Origin: Eledone cirrhosa
Lineage: Eukaryota
Assembly (NCBI GenBank): GCA_964016885.1
Contig: OZ024745.1
Span: 29,636,001-29,700,000 of the forward strand
Reading direction: 5' to 3'
DNA: 64,000 nt
A program made the translations under genes and the position numbers. Under the pieces are notes generated by a model that was not told the origin of the DNA, did not search any database, and worked only from the letters and a program-made list of their open reading frames with translations. Below, one piece after another: positions 29,601 through 41,021 of this stretch. Within the stretch, counting starts at the first letter, position 1. Each line of letters begins with the position of its first letter.

Positions 29601-30794
29601 GATAGTACAGTGGTTTGGACACAGACAAAGATCAGTGTCTTGGACACAGAGACAGTACAGTGTCTTGGACACAGAAAAAGTACAGTGTCTTGGACACAGA
29701 CGCAGTACAGTGTCTTGGACACAGACACAGTACAGTGCCTTGGACACAGACACAGTACAGTGTCTTGGACACAGACACAGTACAGTGCCTTGGACACAAA
29801 CACAGTACAGTGTCTTGGACACAGACACAGTACAGTGCCTTGGACACAGACACAGTACAGTGTCCTGGACACAGACACAGTACAGTGCCTTGGACACACA
29901 CACAGTACAGCGCCTTGGACACAGACACAGTACAGCGTCTTGGACACAGACACAGTACAGTGCCTTGGACACAGACACAGTACAGTGTCTTGGACACAGA
30001 CACAGTACAGCGTCTTGGACACAGACACAGTACAGTGTCTTGGACACAGACACAGTCCAGTGCCTTGGACACAGACACAGTACAGTGTCTTGGACACAGA
30101 CACAGTAGAATGTCTTGGACACAGACACAGTACACTGTCTTCGACACAGATACAGTACAGTGTCTTGAACACAGACACAGTAGAGTGTCTTGGACACAGA
30201 CACAGTACAGTGCCTTCGACACAGACACAGTAGAGTGTCTTGGACACAGACACAGTACAGCGTCTTGGACACAGACACAGTACAGCGTCTTGGACACAGA
30301 CACAGTACAGTGTCTTGGACACAGACACAGTACAGCGTCTTGGACACAGACACAGTACAGTGTCTTGGACACAGACACAGTCCAGTGCCTTGGACACAGA
30401 CACAGTACAGTGTCTTGGACACAGACACAGTAGAATGTCTTGGACACAGACACAGTACAGTGTCTTCGACACAGATACAGTACAGTGTCTTGAACACAGA
30501 CACAGTAGAGTGTCTTGGACACAGACACAGTACAGTGCCTTCGACACAGACACAGTACAGTGGCTTGGATATTTTACCCGTTTTTCTCAACGATTATTTA
30601 TCAATCAACCAGATGTTCATTCATATCTCTTAAATCATCATCCTCGTTTTTATGTTGACTTTTCCATGGTAGCATGGGTTGGACAGGACTTTTTTAGGCA
30701 ACGTTTTATAGCCTGATACACAGCCAATTATTTTTAAAGAAGGAAAGAGAGTGATAGAGAGGAAGTTAGAAAGAAATATAGAGGAAGAATAGTC

Positions 30795-30925
30795 CCCAGT
30801 ATTAGATTGGTACTTTTGGATGAAAGGCAAAGTTGACCCCCGTAGGATTTGCACTCAGAACACCGAGAACCAGAATAAATACTGCCAAGCATTCTATCTG
30901 ATGTTCTAATGAATCTGCCAATTCA
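30795..30925 (-). mobile_element. Degenerate tRNA-derived SINE fragment
   Basis: GGATGAAAGGCAAAGTTGAC...GGATTTGCACTCAG matches the reverse complement of the copies at 59.7 and 60.4 kb. Confidence 0.6.
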
Positions 30926-31175
30926 GCACTAAAAGGAGTGCAGCTGAACCACAGCTCTGACTTAGATGTAGAGTCTGTCACCCTCTCCTCCTTTCTTTCG
31001 TTACCTAATAATCCTTACCGTTTCCTCCCTTTTCCTCTCTTTTATGACAGTTACGGTTCTTTCCAATGTTACTTTCTTTTTCTATATGTTTGATTAGATA
31101 TTACATTCTTTAGTATTTTGTATGTAATTTTATCCTAGAAATATATTTGACTATTTTGAAATCAAGGGAACTAAC

Positions 31176-31295
31176 CTTAATATAGAGACTTAGTTGGTCA
31201 TCATAACCAACCCATTGGTTACCTGCAACTAGATAGGGCACTTTTTCATCGGTCAACCGTTTGACTGTGGCACCCTGATGGATCATGTGACAGAT
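31176..31295 (-). CDS. GH18 chitinase, coding exon 7 (last visible; the gene continues)
   Basis: TAG|ATC...AAG|GTTAG, 120 nt, phase 0. Translates ICHMIHQGATVKRLTDEKVPYLVAGNQWVGYDDQLSLYIK, containing the GH18 motif VPY...NQWVGYDD. Confidence 0.93.
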
Positions 31296-31399
31296 CTAGA
31301 AATATAGACATTAATCTAAATAAATCTTATAATTTCTCAAGGCAACTGGGTGAGTTGAAATTTGAAATGTTAGAATAAAAACACAGAAATCACTATATA

Positions 31400-31735
31400 T
31401 AACAACAATAACAACACCAACAACAGGAGCAACAACAAGAACATCAACAACATCATCATCACCAACAACAACAATAGTGTGAGCATAACAATGAAAACAA
31501 CAACATGAGCAATAACATCAACAACATAACAACAACAGTAACAATATCAACAACATCAACAACAACATCAACCTTAACTTCAATGACGTGAGCAATAACA
31601 ACAACAATAAAAGGAGCAACAACAATAATAGTGTGAGCATAACAATGACAACAACAACAATATGAGCAGTAACTAAAGGAGCATCATCATCAACAACAAC
31701 AAGAATAACAACAGCAATAACAACAACAACAAAGA
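31400..31735. repeat. Degenerate (CAA)n microsatellite
   Basis: Directly visible. Confidence 0.9.
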
Positions 31736-31774
31736 AACAGAAATATATTCAACAAGCGTGAGTTGTTTATTTAC

Positions 31775-31960
31775 CTCATAGTATGCCAAAAATCCAGTTT
31801 CCCCTGTATAGCTACCAGCTGTTCCCCCATGTATGGATGGGGCATGCAATCCATTCACGTTTGGGTTTCTTAAGGTGAAACTTCTGCCGTACAATGGTAA
31901 TCCAACATTAAGTTTATTCAGGGGAACACCTTTCTCTTTCCAATATCTCATAGTCCACAT
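31775..31960 (-). CDS. GH18 chitinase, coding exon 6
   Basis: CAG|ATG...GAG|GTAAA, 186 nt. Contains KLNVGLPLYGRSFTL and GFLAYYE, typical GH18 motifs. Confidence 0.95.
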
Positions 31961-32612
31961 CTGTAAAAATTTAATAAATGGTTATAGTTGGTTTGTAGAA
32001 AGTCAATATAATGCAAGTTAGACATGCAACAGTGAAGCGTAGTAGTGTTGAGTGGAGTAGACTGAGAATAGCCAAACAAAATGGCTGTTTACATTTTTGT
32101 CATTAAGAGCTTGGTCTCTAGATTGCAATTTTCCTGTGCCAAACTGGGAGGAAGGCATCTTACCTGGGGATGAAGTCCCCCAACGAGGTGGTATTGTTGA
32201 TGCAGTGGGTATCACTGGCTGTTCTCTGTAGCAAAATATTTCAATAAGTTGTCTACAATTCCTGTCCTCAACACACAAACCTCCACATATTGCTAAACAG
32301 TATCCCACAATTCATGCCATCAATGTATATACACACATATATATATATATAGCTAAACAGTTCCTCACAATTCATACCCTTAACTCATATACACATATAT
32401 ATTGTTAAACAGTAGCCCAACACATATACATACACATATTGTCTTTTCCTCTACACATATTGTCTTTTCCTCACCACATATTAATTTCTAGTTAGCTCTT
32501 TCATAATGCCTGCCTAAAATATGCTAACGTTAAGTTAACTATTGATTTTTTTTTTTTATGTGGATAGCATCCTTGAGTAATTAGTAATATATTCAACAAA
32601 TGCTCAACTTAC

Positions 32613-32736
32613 CATATTTAAGTATCTGTTGTTACCAGTGTCATTTATAGCTGCTCTGTAAGGACTGTTATGTCCTGTCTTTAACTCCCAAGAACCATGG
32701 TAGTCATAGGTCATTACATTGAGAAAGTCAACAAAT
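32613..32736 (-). CDS. GH18 chitinase, coding exon 5
   Basis: AAG|A TTT...ATG|GTAAGT, 124 nt. Contains VDFLNVMTYDYHGSWELKTGHNSP (MTYDxHG motif). Confidence 0.95.
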
Positions 32737-33387
32737 CTTAGAAACAAAAAAACAGAAGATTAACATAAAGAATAGAACTATAATAAAGGGCTTAGGATCT
32801 CTTCACCTTAACTCTGGTTCAAAAATGGAATAAAATGGTCCTCCATCTGTTTCAGTAAGTAAGGCAAGTGTTGGGGTAGATTTAACCCTTTTGATACCAA
32901 ACTGCCTGAAACCACCCCTGGTTTTATGATATCAAACAGAGCCTTCTGGTTGGTTTGTTGGTTTGTATTATAATTGTTAATTAGAAGATTTATGTTCTGG
33001 TATCAGTGAAGCTGCATCATACAGCATGAGGCTCAGCTGTTAGGAGAATGCTACTGGAGCTCAGCTGTTAAACCTGTCTCTAATATGTAGTGAACAAACC
33101 TTCTGATGGACCCTTATCAATTTTGATCACAAGTGTTCTAGTTATTCAATCAATGTAACACTTTGTTCATGAAATTAATGTGTAAGTGGCTGAGCATTCC
33201 ACAGATACGTATACCAATAATGTAATTCTTAAGGATATTCAGCATGACACAATATATATCAAGGCTAGCCCATTGAATTACAAATAGAGTTCATTATAGT
33301 GTAAGAGGTTGAGCACTCTACAGACATGTGTACCAATAACAAAAGTTAGTGGGTGATTTTAGACTCATAAAATGTTTTTGTACATAC

Positions 33388-33512
33388 GGGTGTATATCAC
33401 TGATGATATATCCTGCATCTATATTAGTTTTCCCTGCAGGAACTGCTGCTATCAGTAACAATCGTGATTTACCAGTATATCTGGATTCTTCTTCGAAAGC
33501 TTGGTGGCATTC
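33388..33512 (-). CDS. GH18 chitinase, coding exon 4
   Basis: CAG|GAA...CC|GTATGT, 125 nt. Translates ECHQAFEEESRYTGKSRLLLIAAVPAGKTNIDAGY; phases fit both neighbours. Confidence 0.93.
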
Positions 33513-34350
33513 CTGATAGAAAATAGCAACATTTAAGAATGAACATGTATCATGAGTTAACACTTAACGCAACATGAACTTACAGACATGCATACATACA
33601 CAGATACAGATGGACACACACAGACATCTACACAGATACACACACACATGCACACACACACATGCGCGCACACACACACATGCACACACACATACACACA
33701 CACATATATATATATAATTATATATATATACATATATATATATCTAAAAATGTAGAAGTCCCAAATGCAGAAAATAACTATAACAACAGTCAAACACCAT
33801 AAATAATAGCTTAGAAAATTGGGTAAATTACTCTTAGAGACAGAAAACAAGCTACCTCTATGGAGAATCAAACTCTGTATTTCTTCTATCCCAGCCGAGT
33901 GCTCTAACCATTGAGCTAAGGGGCAGCTGACTACAAATTTAGGTTCCTATACTGAATAGCATTGGATGTAAAGAAGCTTTTTATAGATTGCTGAGTCACT
34001 GGGTGATTTGACATTTTTGAAAACTTTGGAATTCTAAATACAGTGGATTTTTATAAATGAAGAAGAACTGATTGACAAGATCCCAAACCTCATTTGCTTA
34101 CCATGTGGGGTGGAACTCCTCAGATCGGGCCAAGGAAACAATGTTTCCATTGGTCTTTCCATTGCTGATACTTTCTAGCAGTCGCAACTGGTAAAAAGAG
34201 CAACATAAAGTGTCTTGCTCAAGGACCTAATGTATTATTCAGTCCAGGATTCAAACTCACAACCTCATGATTGTGAATCCAATTCTCTAACCACTAAGAC
34301 ACCTACCTTCACTATAAATAATAGCTTATAAATTTGGTAAAATACATCTA

Positions 34351-34835
34351 AATAATAATAATAATAATAATAATGAAATATTGTGTACAGTGCTCAGGTG
34401 CACTACAACTCATCAAAAAGTGTATGTATGGTACATAGGGTAATGTACAAACATCAGGAAAATGAACAGTGCATGAGTCATGATACACACATGTGTGCAT
34501 GTGTATGGAAGGGGTACATCAGGTGTAGTTTTGGCGTATTTCGGGAAGCATGAGTGTCTTAAAGGATGCAGTGTCTCGGCAGCTAACAACTGACGCAGGC
34601 AGTTTGTTCCATGCTTCAGCAACTCTGAACGTGAAAAAATGTCTACGAAAGTCATGGGAGCTGTGCTGTTTTCTGATTTTGTAGGCATGTCCACGTGTGT
34701 TAGACACATGGAGATCAAAAAGGTGCTCAGGGTTGCAATTGGCGAGATGGTTAATAACTTTGTGGGTATTTACCAAGTCCATTGCCAGACGTCGGAGCTT
34801 CAATGAATCCATGCCCAGGGAAGCAAGGCGTTCAT
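34351..34835 (-). mobile_element. CR1-type LINE 3' fragment with (ATT)n tail
   Basis: ORF 34519-34908 (SLKLRRLAMDL...TRGHAYK...RHFFTFRVAEAWNKLP) closely resembles the copy at 40.2-41.0 kb, with the same 3' UTR and tail. Confidence 0.88.
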
Positions 34836-34889
34836 CTAGAGATGTTATTTTCAAAATTTCAAATTGCCCAGTGGCTTGACATAGCATAA

Positions 34890-35160
34890 GAGAGTTGAGG
34901 CATAGCAATAGAAGAATTGGATGTAGTCAGCAAGAAAGAATACTACATTGGTATGGAGATTTGATGTGTATGGAAGATGACAGCTGTGTAAAATAGTGCA
35001 GAGAAATCATCTCAGTAGCTGGGACCCATGGAAGAGGCAGACCCTGGAAGTTTCGGGATGAAGTAGTGAAGGTCAGTCTTAAGAAGTTGGACCCATAATG
35101 CAGATGACAAAGAGCAGAGGGGAGATGTTACATGCTGTACTGGTGAAGACCAGCCTACTA
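34890..35160 (+). mobile_element. Degenerate RTE-type LINE 3' fragment
   Basis: Resembles the C-terminal LRWYGHVMRMED...RGRP region of the 53-56 kb element. Confidence 0.55.
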
Positions 35161-36171
35161 AAATAGAATGTGACCTGACCCATACCTCTGTGACTTCCTC
35201 TCCTCCACTGGCTATCCTCACCATCACTGTACACCCTATCCATGCACCCTCCAATACGCTCGTGAGTAGCTACTCTCTCCAGCTATGTGCACCTTCACTA
35301 TCACTCCCTAGTAGCCATTCTCATGATCACTACACCAATCCCCTATTTCCTGACACACTGGTGACCCACCCTCACTATTTGATGTCATCCTTCCCTTCCT
35401 ACTCTTCACTCTGTCAATCTCACCACACTTGTCATACACTCATAACATCATACTTATCTTCTTACTCACTCTTCCCTCTTTCTCTCTAATAGGGTAGAGG
35501 GGGGCTCTACATTTGAGTCAATTACCAATGATCTCTCTTGTGCTGATGCCATGAAAATACACCCAGTACACCCTGAAAGGTAGTTGGTGATAGGAATGGC
35601 ATCCAACTGTAGAAAGCTTGCCAAAAGAAAGGGTTGGAAGGACTCTTCAGTTGTACGAAAGACATGAGTCTCCCTAGTGTTAGTGATTTGTACAATAAAC
35701 ACATCCAGTACACTTTGAAAAGTGGCTGGCAATAGGAAAGTCATCAAGCCATAGAAAACTTACCAAGCACAGTGTTGGGAGGATCCTTTAGCTGTGTGAA
35801 AGACATAAACTTTTCAGTGTTGGTGTCACGATAAAATGTACTTGGTAGAGTACTCACTCAGTCTATGAAGACCCATTCAACCCTTTCGAGCAGGGCGATT
35901 GGAAGTTAAATTATGTTGCTGATTATGATGATGATGATGATACATATATGTATATGTATGCATATATTAATACTTATCCATGCATTACCAGTGGTTTCAA
36001 GCAGAAAATAAACAGACATTAACAAACATGAAACATGTCTAACTATTCAAATGCATTACACTGTGTATAATGTATTAATAAAGCAGCTGAACAGTTAGAA
36101 GGATCTAGAAAAAAGAAGAAACTTGCTTAAGGTTTAAATATTTGTAACAAAGAAACTATAGAGTTTCCTAC

Positions 36172-36424
36172 TTGAAGAAAGTCAACATAACGTTGTTTGT
36201 CGGTAGAATGACTTCCACGGCTGCCTGGATATTCCCAGTCGAGGTCAAGACCATCAAATGATCGTTTACGTAAGAAGGAGATGGCATCATCAATAAAGAT
36301 CTTACGGGTGGTTACATTAGCAACCATGGCAACAAAGGGGGCTGATCCCATCACCCAGCCCCCAACAGATAGCAAGGTCTTCAAGTTGGTATTGGTCTTC
36401 TTGAGGTCATTCACCTTTTCATAC
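36172..36424 (-). CDS. GH18 chitinase, coding exon 3 (catalytic motif)
   Basis: CAG|G TAT...CAA|GTAGG, 253 nt. Contains [10 protein letters not shown] and [12 protein letters not shown], with the DxxDxDxE catalytic motif intact. Confidence 0.97.
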
Positions 36425-36446
36425 CTGTAACAGGAGACACAGATAA

Positions 36447-36660
36447 ATGGATGGATGGATGGGTGGGTGGATGGGTGGGTGGGGGGTGGATGGATGGGTG
36501 GGTGGGGGTGGATGGATGGGTGGGGGTGGATGGATGGGGGTGAGGGTGGGGTGGATGGGGTGGGGTGGGGTGGGGTTGGATGGGGTGGGGGTGGGGTGGA
36601 TGGATGGATGGGGGGGTAGATGGGTGGATGGGTGGATGGATGAATGGGTGGATGGATAAA
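36447..36660. repeat. G-rich (GGAT/GGGT)n microsatellite
   Basis: Directly visible, with many GGG/GGGG runs. Confidence 0.9.
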
Positions 36661-37403
36661 CAGACAGATAGATAGATGATAAATAGATAGATTGATTGAT
36701 AGATATGTTTCTTTTTATTTGCCACCAGGGCATCAAAAGTGGGACAAGTACAATGGGGGGAGTTTACACAATAAGGCGAGTAAATTGATTGCTAGATAGA
36801 TAGTAAAACAGACTGACAGATAGATAAACAGATAGATACATAGATTAATAGATAGGTAGATAAAATACACCCGGTATGCTCTGTAAAGTGGTTGGTGATA
36901 GGAAGGGCATCCAGTCATTAAAAACTTGTCAAACATAGGTTTGGCAGTACTCTTTAGTTGTATCAAGAGCATTAAACCTCCTTAGGGCTTGTGCCATGAT
37001 GAAATGCACCCAGTAGACTCTGTAAAGTGTAGGGATATATGTGAGTGGGCTGTGGTCTCCATACCCTCTGTAAGGACAGTGTTTCTAATTGAGTGCTGAC
37101 AATCCAGCATGGAAAAGTGGACGTTAAATGATGACAATGATCATGATCATGACAATGATCATGATGGTGATGATGATAATGACGATGATGATAATAATTG
37201 TTTCTACTTTTGGCACAAGGCCAGCAATTACCCAGTACATTACTGGTACTTTACTTTATCAACCCAGTAAGGATGAAAGTTAACCTCGACGGGATTTGAA
37301 CGATGATGATAATAATGATGATGATAATGACGATAATGATGTATTATGATATAATCAGTATAGACTGTATAATGTAGTGAAGAAGTATGAATTGTTCACT
37401 TAC

Positions 37404-37596
37404 ATTCCTTTCTTCCATGCTGTATTTTCATCGTTCCATTCAAAAGCCTTCAGCTTGAAATTGTTAATACTTGCAAACGCGAAGCAGATATGAGTACATA
37501 ATTGTGGGTCAATTTTCTCTGGAGTAAACTTGCCGATACCTTTCCTGTACTGAGACCAGTTAGTGTAGTAACATACACGACGCAGTTCGCACATTG
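37404..37596 (-). CDS. GH18 chitinase, coding exon 2
   Basis: CAG|CA ATG...AT|GTAAGT, 193 nt. Contains [12 protein letters not shown] and [14 protein letters not shown], the canonical GH18 N-terminus. Confidence 0.96.
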
Positions 37597-37619
37597 CTGC
37601 AAATAACGCATTAGAAGTA

Positions 37620-37960
37620 GGAGTCTATTTTAAAGAGCATGGATGAACTGTGAGAAAGACTAGGTATAAAAGGAACCAGAATTAGTGTGCAGGAGAGAAG
37701 ACTGTGTCCATATGGACGTGTGATATGCATGGATGATGTTCACTGGATGGAGAAGTGCCAGGAAATTTCAGTGGAAGGAAGTCACAGTAGAGGAAGACAA
37801 AAGAAGACATGAGCAGAGATGGTGAGAGATGATCTCATATTGTTGAAGCTCACAGAGGAGATGGCAAAGGAATATCATGACGAGTGAAGAAATGTTGTGC
37901 TGAAAAAGAATTGTCCAACCCATGCAAGCATGGAAAAATGGATGTAAAAATGATGAAGAT
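37620..37960 (+). mobile_element. RTE-type LINE 3' fragment
   Basis: Similar to the reverse complement of 53.04-53.35 kb; ends CCAACCCATGCAAGCATGGAAAAATGGATGTAAAAATGATG. Confidence 0.7.
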
Positions 37961-38569
37961 ATCAGAACTTTTTCAACTTTAAGGAATTTATTATTGATTA
38001 GGGAATTCCTGAATAAAATCTAATATATAACATGATGACTGAAACCTGATGATATCTGTTGCTCCCATACCAGTTATTAGAGTGGGTTTGGTTGTTGTTA
38101 AGTTAGTAGTGTTTTGGATATAGTTCTGAAGAGTCTGGTTCGTTTTACTTAATGTCTAATGAGGCATGTATCTGGTGGATCAGGTTGGGTATTTGGATTA
38201 TACAAGAGTTAACTGAAAAGTTCATGTGCTGACTATGAAAGAGTGATGCTAGAGCTATAAAATTTTGCATGTATTAATTAATTTCAACTCTTCTTATTAA
38301 TAACTGCATTGTTTCTTTCCAGGGACTATGTTAAAAAATAATCCTCATTTGGGCATTCCATGAGAGTATCAGCCTATGAACTTTTCAGCTGACCCTCATA
38401 TTGTTTTGAGATCGTGGACAACATTCATTTGGTGTTGATTAATTTATGTTTATGTTAGATCAATTAGCAATCATAGTAATATATAATTACAGTTTATGAG
38501 CCTTGTTGTGAAAAGGATTTTGAAACTTTGGGGGAATTTATTATTATTTAGTGGATTCCTCATGAAGGC

Positions 38570-38860
38570 ACATGGCTAAATACTAAGCGGGGTATTTGGC
38601 TCGTGATGCTAAGGTTTCAAGTTCGATTTCCAGTAGAGCTTTCTTTCATAAAATGGTTCATTTCACATTGCTCCAACCACTCTACTGGCAATAAAGTGAG
38701 GTCTACCTGTAATTCAAAGGACCAGCTTTTCACACAGTCTGTCATGCTGAATCTTCCTGAGAATTACATTATGGGTACTCATGCTCAAATGCTTGCATGA
38801 CAATTTCACAAGCAGGCTGATCTGTTGATTAAACATCTGGGACAGTTGTTAGAACTGACA
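38570..38860 (+). mobile_element. tRNA-derived SINE-like element
   Basis: B-box-like GTTCGATTTCC near the start; body shared with 49.35-49.66 kb. Confidence 0.55.
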
Positions 38861-38987
38861 GATGTCCAACAACAATTTACAACTAAACCAGACAATGGTG
38901 GTATGGAAATATCTCCATTATCAGACTAAAAATCACCAGTGTTATATATAAAGATCATTAGATACCTATAAATGTTGGCTAACTTAC

Positions 38988-39057
38988 CAATGTTCACTGT
39001 ATTTAACAGTAATAGAAGGAGTAATGACAAGAAAGGAGATAACTTGGTTTTCTTCAT
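38988..39057 (-). CDS. GH18 chitinase, coding exon 1 (signal peptide)
   Basis: ATG at 39057, MKKTKLSPFLSLLLLLLLNTVNI, then G|GTAAGT (phase 1, matching exon 2). An acceptor TTTCAG lies 9 nt upstream of the ATG (exon start 39066), implying a further 5' UTR exon. Confidence 0.88.
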
Positions 39058-39162
39058 ACTGGAGGACTGAAACAGAAAATAACACACCACTTTGAGATAC
39101 AACTATATATATGTGTGTGAGTATGCGGGGGTATGCATGTGTATATGTACATATATATATAT

Positions 39163-39460
39163 TATCATCATCATCATCACCGTTTTACGTCCGTTCTTCC
39201 ATGCTAGCATGGGTTAGACGGGTTGTCCTGTCGTGGGCAGTGTCTGGTCGGCTGACCATGCCTTGCTCATACAGGAACTGATTTTGGCTTGATTTCTGAA
39301 GCTGGATGCCCTTCCTAACACCAACCTCATTTACAGTGAGTGCTGGGTGCTTTTTTCCGTGGCGCCTACATGTCCACTTTACAGTGTGGGCTGGGTGCTT
39401 TTTTGCCGTGGCACCTCCACGACCACTTTGCAGTGGGAGGGTGTGGGGGCATATTGTCTA
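39163..39460 (-). mobile_element. Short RTE-derived non-autonomous element
   Basis: (CAT)n plus TTTACGTCCG...CCATGCTAGCATGGG tail as at 53,022-53,080, joined to the GCTGGATGCCCTTCCTAA/41-bp-unit segment. Confidence 0.65.
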
Positions 39461-40159
39461 TATGCTTCAGCTTGTACCCATGGGAGGTCGGGTACTCTGT
39501 ATTACTGCGTGACGCCAGATATATATATATATAAACACACATAAATATATATTTATACACACACACAGATACACACATATATATATATATACATATATGT
39601 ATGTATATATATATATATATACATATATACACAAAAGTCATGAAAGTCTTCATTAACTATGTTAATTAGTCTAATTTCTTAATCATGGGGAAACTACAGT
39701 CTGGACAAAATGCAGATAAACTTATATTTTTTCCTTAAATATATTTTTTTGCTTGCTATGTTCTTAATAATTACTATATTATACCTAAATAAAATTTTGT
39801 ATAAATAATGTTCTGCAAAATATAGATTTTAGCTTGAATAAAGCATATTCGAGTTGATTTATGGTATAATATGATTGGAATAATTTATATTTTAATTCAC
39901 TTTTATAATATATATATTGATAAAAAGATTTTAAAAAACTGAAAGGAGTGTCCCACAAGTGATGCTGACAATTTTCTTCATCTCCAGGGACTTCTATTCC
40001 CAATTTTCATAATTCTATTTTTCTGTCAATATGCCCCCACACCCTCCCACTGCAAAGTGATCGTGGAGGTGCCACGGCAAAAAAGCACCCAGCCCACACT
40101 GTAAAGTGGACATGTAGGCGCCACGGAAAAAAGCCCCCAGCACTCACTGTATTTTTATA

Positions 40160-41021
40160 GATCTTGCTTGCAGTCTGACCTGGACACAATGCAACAGTGG
40201 ATTTCAGACTGGCAACTCAAGCTAGCTGTGGACAAGTGCACCACCATGCATTTTGGGAGTAAAAACCCAGCGTCCACATACTCCCTCCACAGCACTAATA
40301 TCAAGAAGTCTTCCTGTGAACGTGACCTGGGCATTACGGTCAGCAGCGATTTGCGTTGGACGAGGCACGTCTCTAAAATTGTCAAGAAGGCCGAGGGTGT
40401 CTTAGCATCACTCAGCAAGACCTTTGTCAGCCGCTCTCCAGATATCTATTTAAGGCTGTATACAGCTATGGTGCGACCACACTTAGAATTTGCATCACCA
40501 GTCTGGAACCCCTATCTTGCTCAGGACATTGACCGCCTGGAAACTGTTCAGAGACGTGCAACCAAGCGAATACCCTCCATCAGGCATCTACCATACTCTG
40601 AGTGCCTTGCTTCCCTGGGCATGGATTCATTGAAGCTCCGACGCCTGGCAACTGACTTGGTAAACACCCACAAAATTGTTAACCATGTTGCCAACAACAA
40701 CCCTGAGTACCTTTTCGATTTCCATTTGTCTAACACACGTGGACATGCCCACAAAGTCAGAAAACAGCACAGTTCCCATGACTTTCGGAAACATTTTTTC
40801 ACGCTCAGAGTTGCTGAAGCATGGAACAAACTACCTGCATCAGTTGTTAGCTGTCGAGACACTGCATCCTTTAAGGCCTCCATGCTTCCCGAGATCCGCC
40901 AACAGAACAGCTAACACATACACACATGTACTTCCCTGACATTTGTGTATTATTCTATGTACTATATTGACGAGTTGTAGTGCACCTGAGCACTTTACAC
41001 AATAATTTCATTATTATTATA
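40160..41021 (+). mobile_element. 5'-truncated CR1-type LINE (ORF2 C-terminus, 3' UTR, (ATT)n tail)
   Basis: ORF 40168-40914 contains LYTAMVRPHLEFASPVWNP, LETVQRRATK, TRGH and WNKLP motifs. A 23-bp direct repeat flanks it at 39992-40014 and 41025-41047. Confidence 0.92.

Larger units (their letters stand above)
1..30570. repeat. 25-bp satellite array (consensus GACACAGA[C/G]ACAGTACAGTGTCTTG), about 1,160 monomers, running off the left edge of the window
   Basis: 25-bp periodicity is directly visible to about 30,570. Monomer count is estimated as (array length minus islands)/25. The ORF track shows a 25-aa period in all frames. Confidence 0.99.

Noticed and set aside
1-30570. CRISPR array
   Set aside because: The repeats are contiguous with no unique spacers, there are no cas genes, and the context is a spliced eukaryotic gene.
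1-30590. Long Cys-rich ORFs (up to 1,881 aa) over the satellite as real genes
   Set aside because: They occur in all six frames with one 25-aa period because the 25-bp consensus lacks stops. Indels shift frame freely, variant stops occur on both strands, and most starts are non-ATG.
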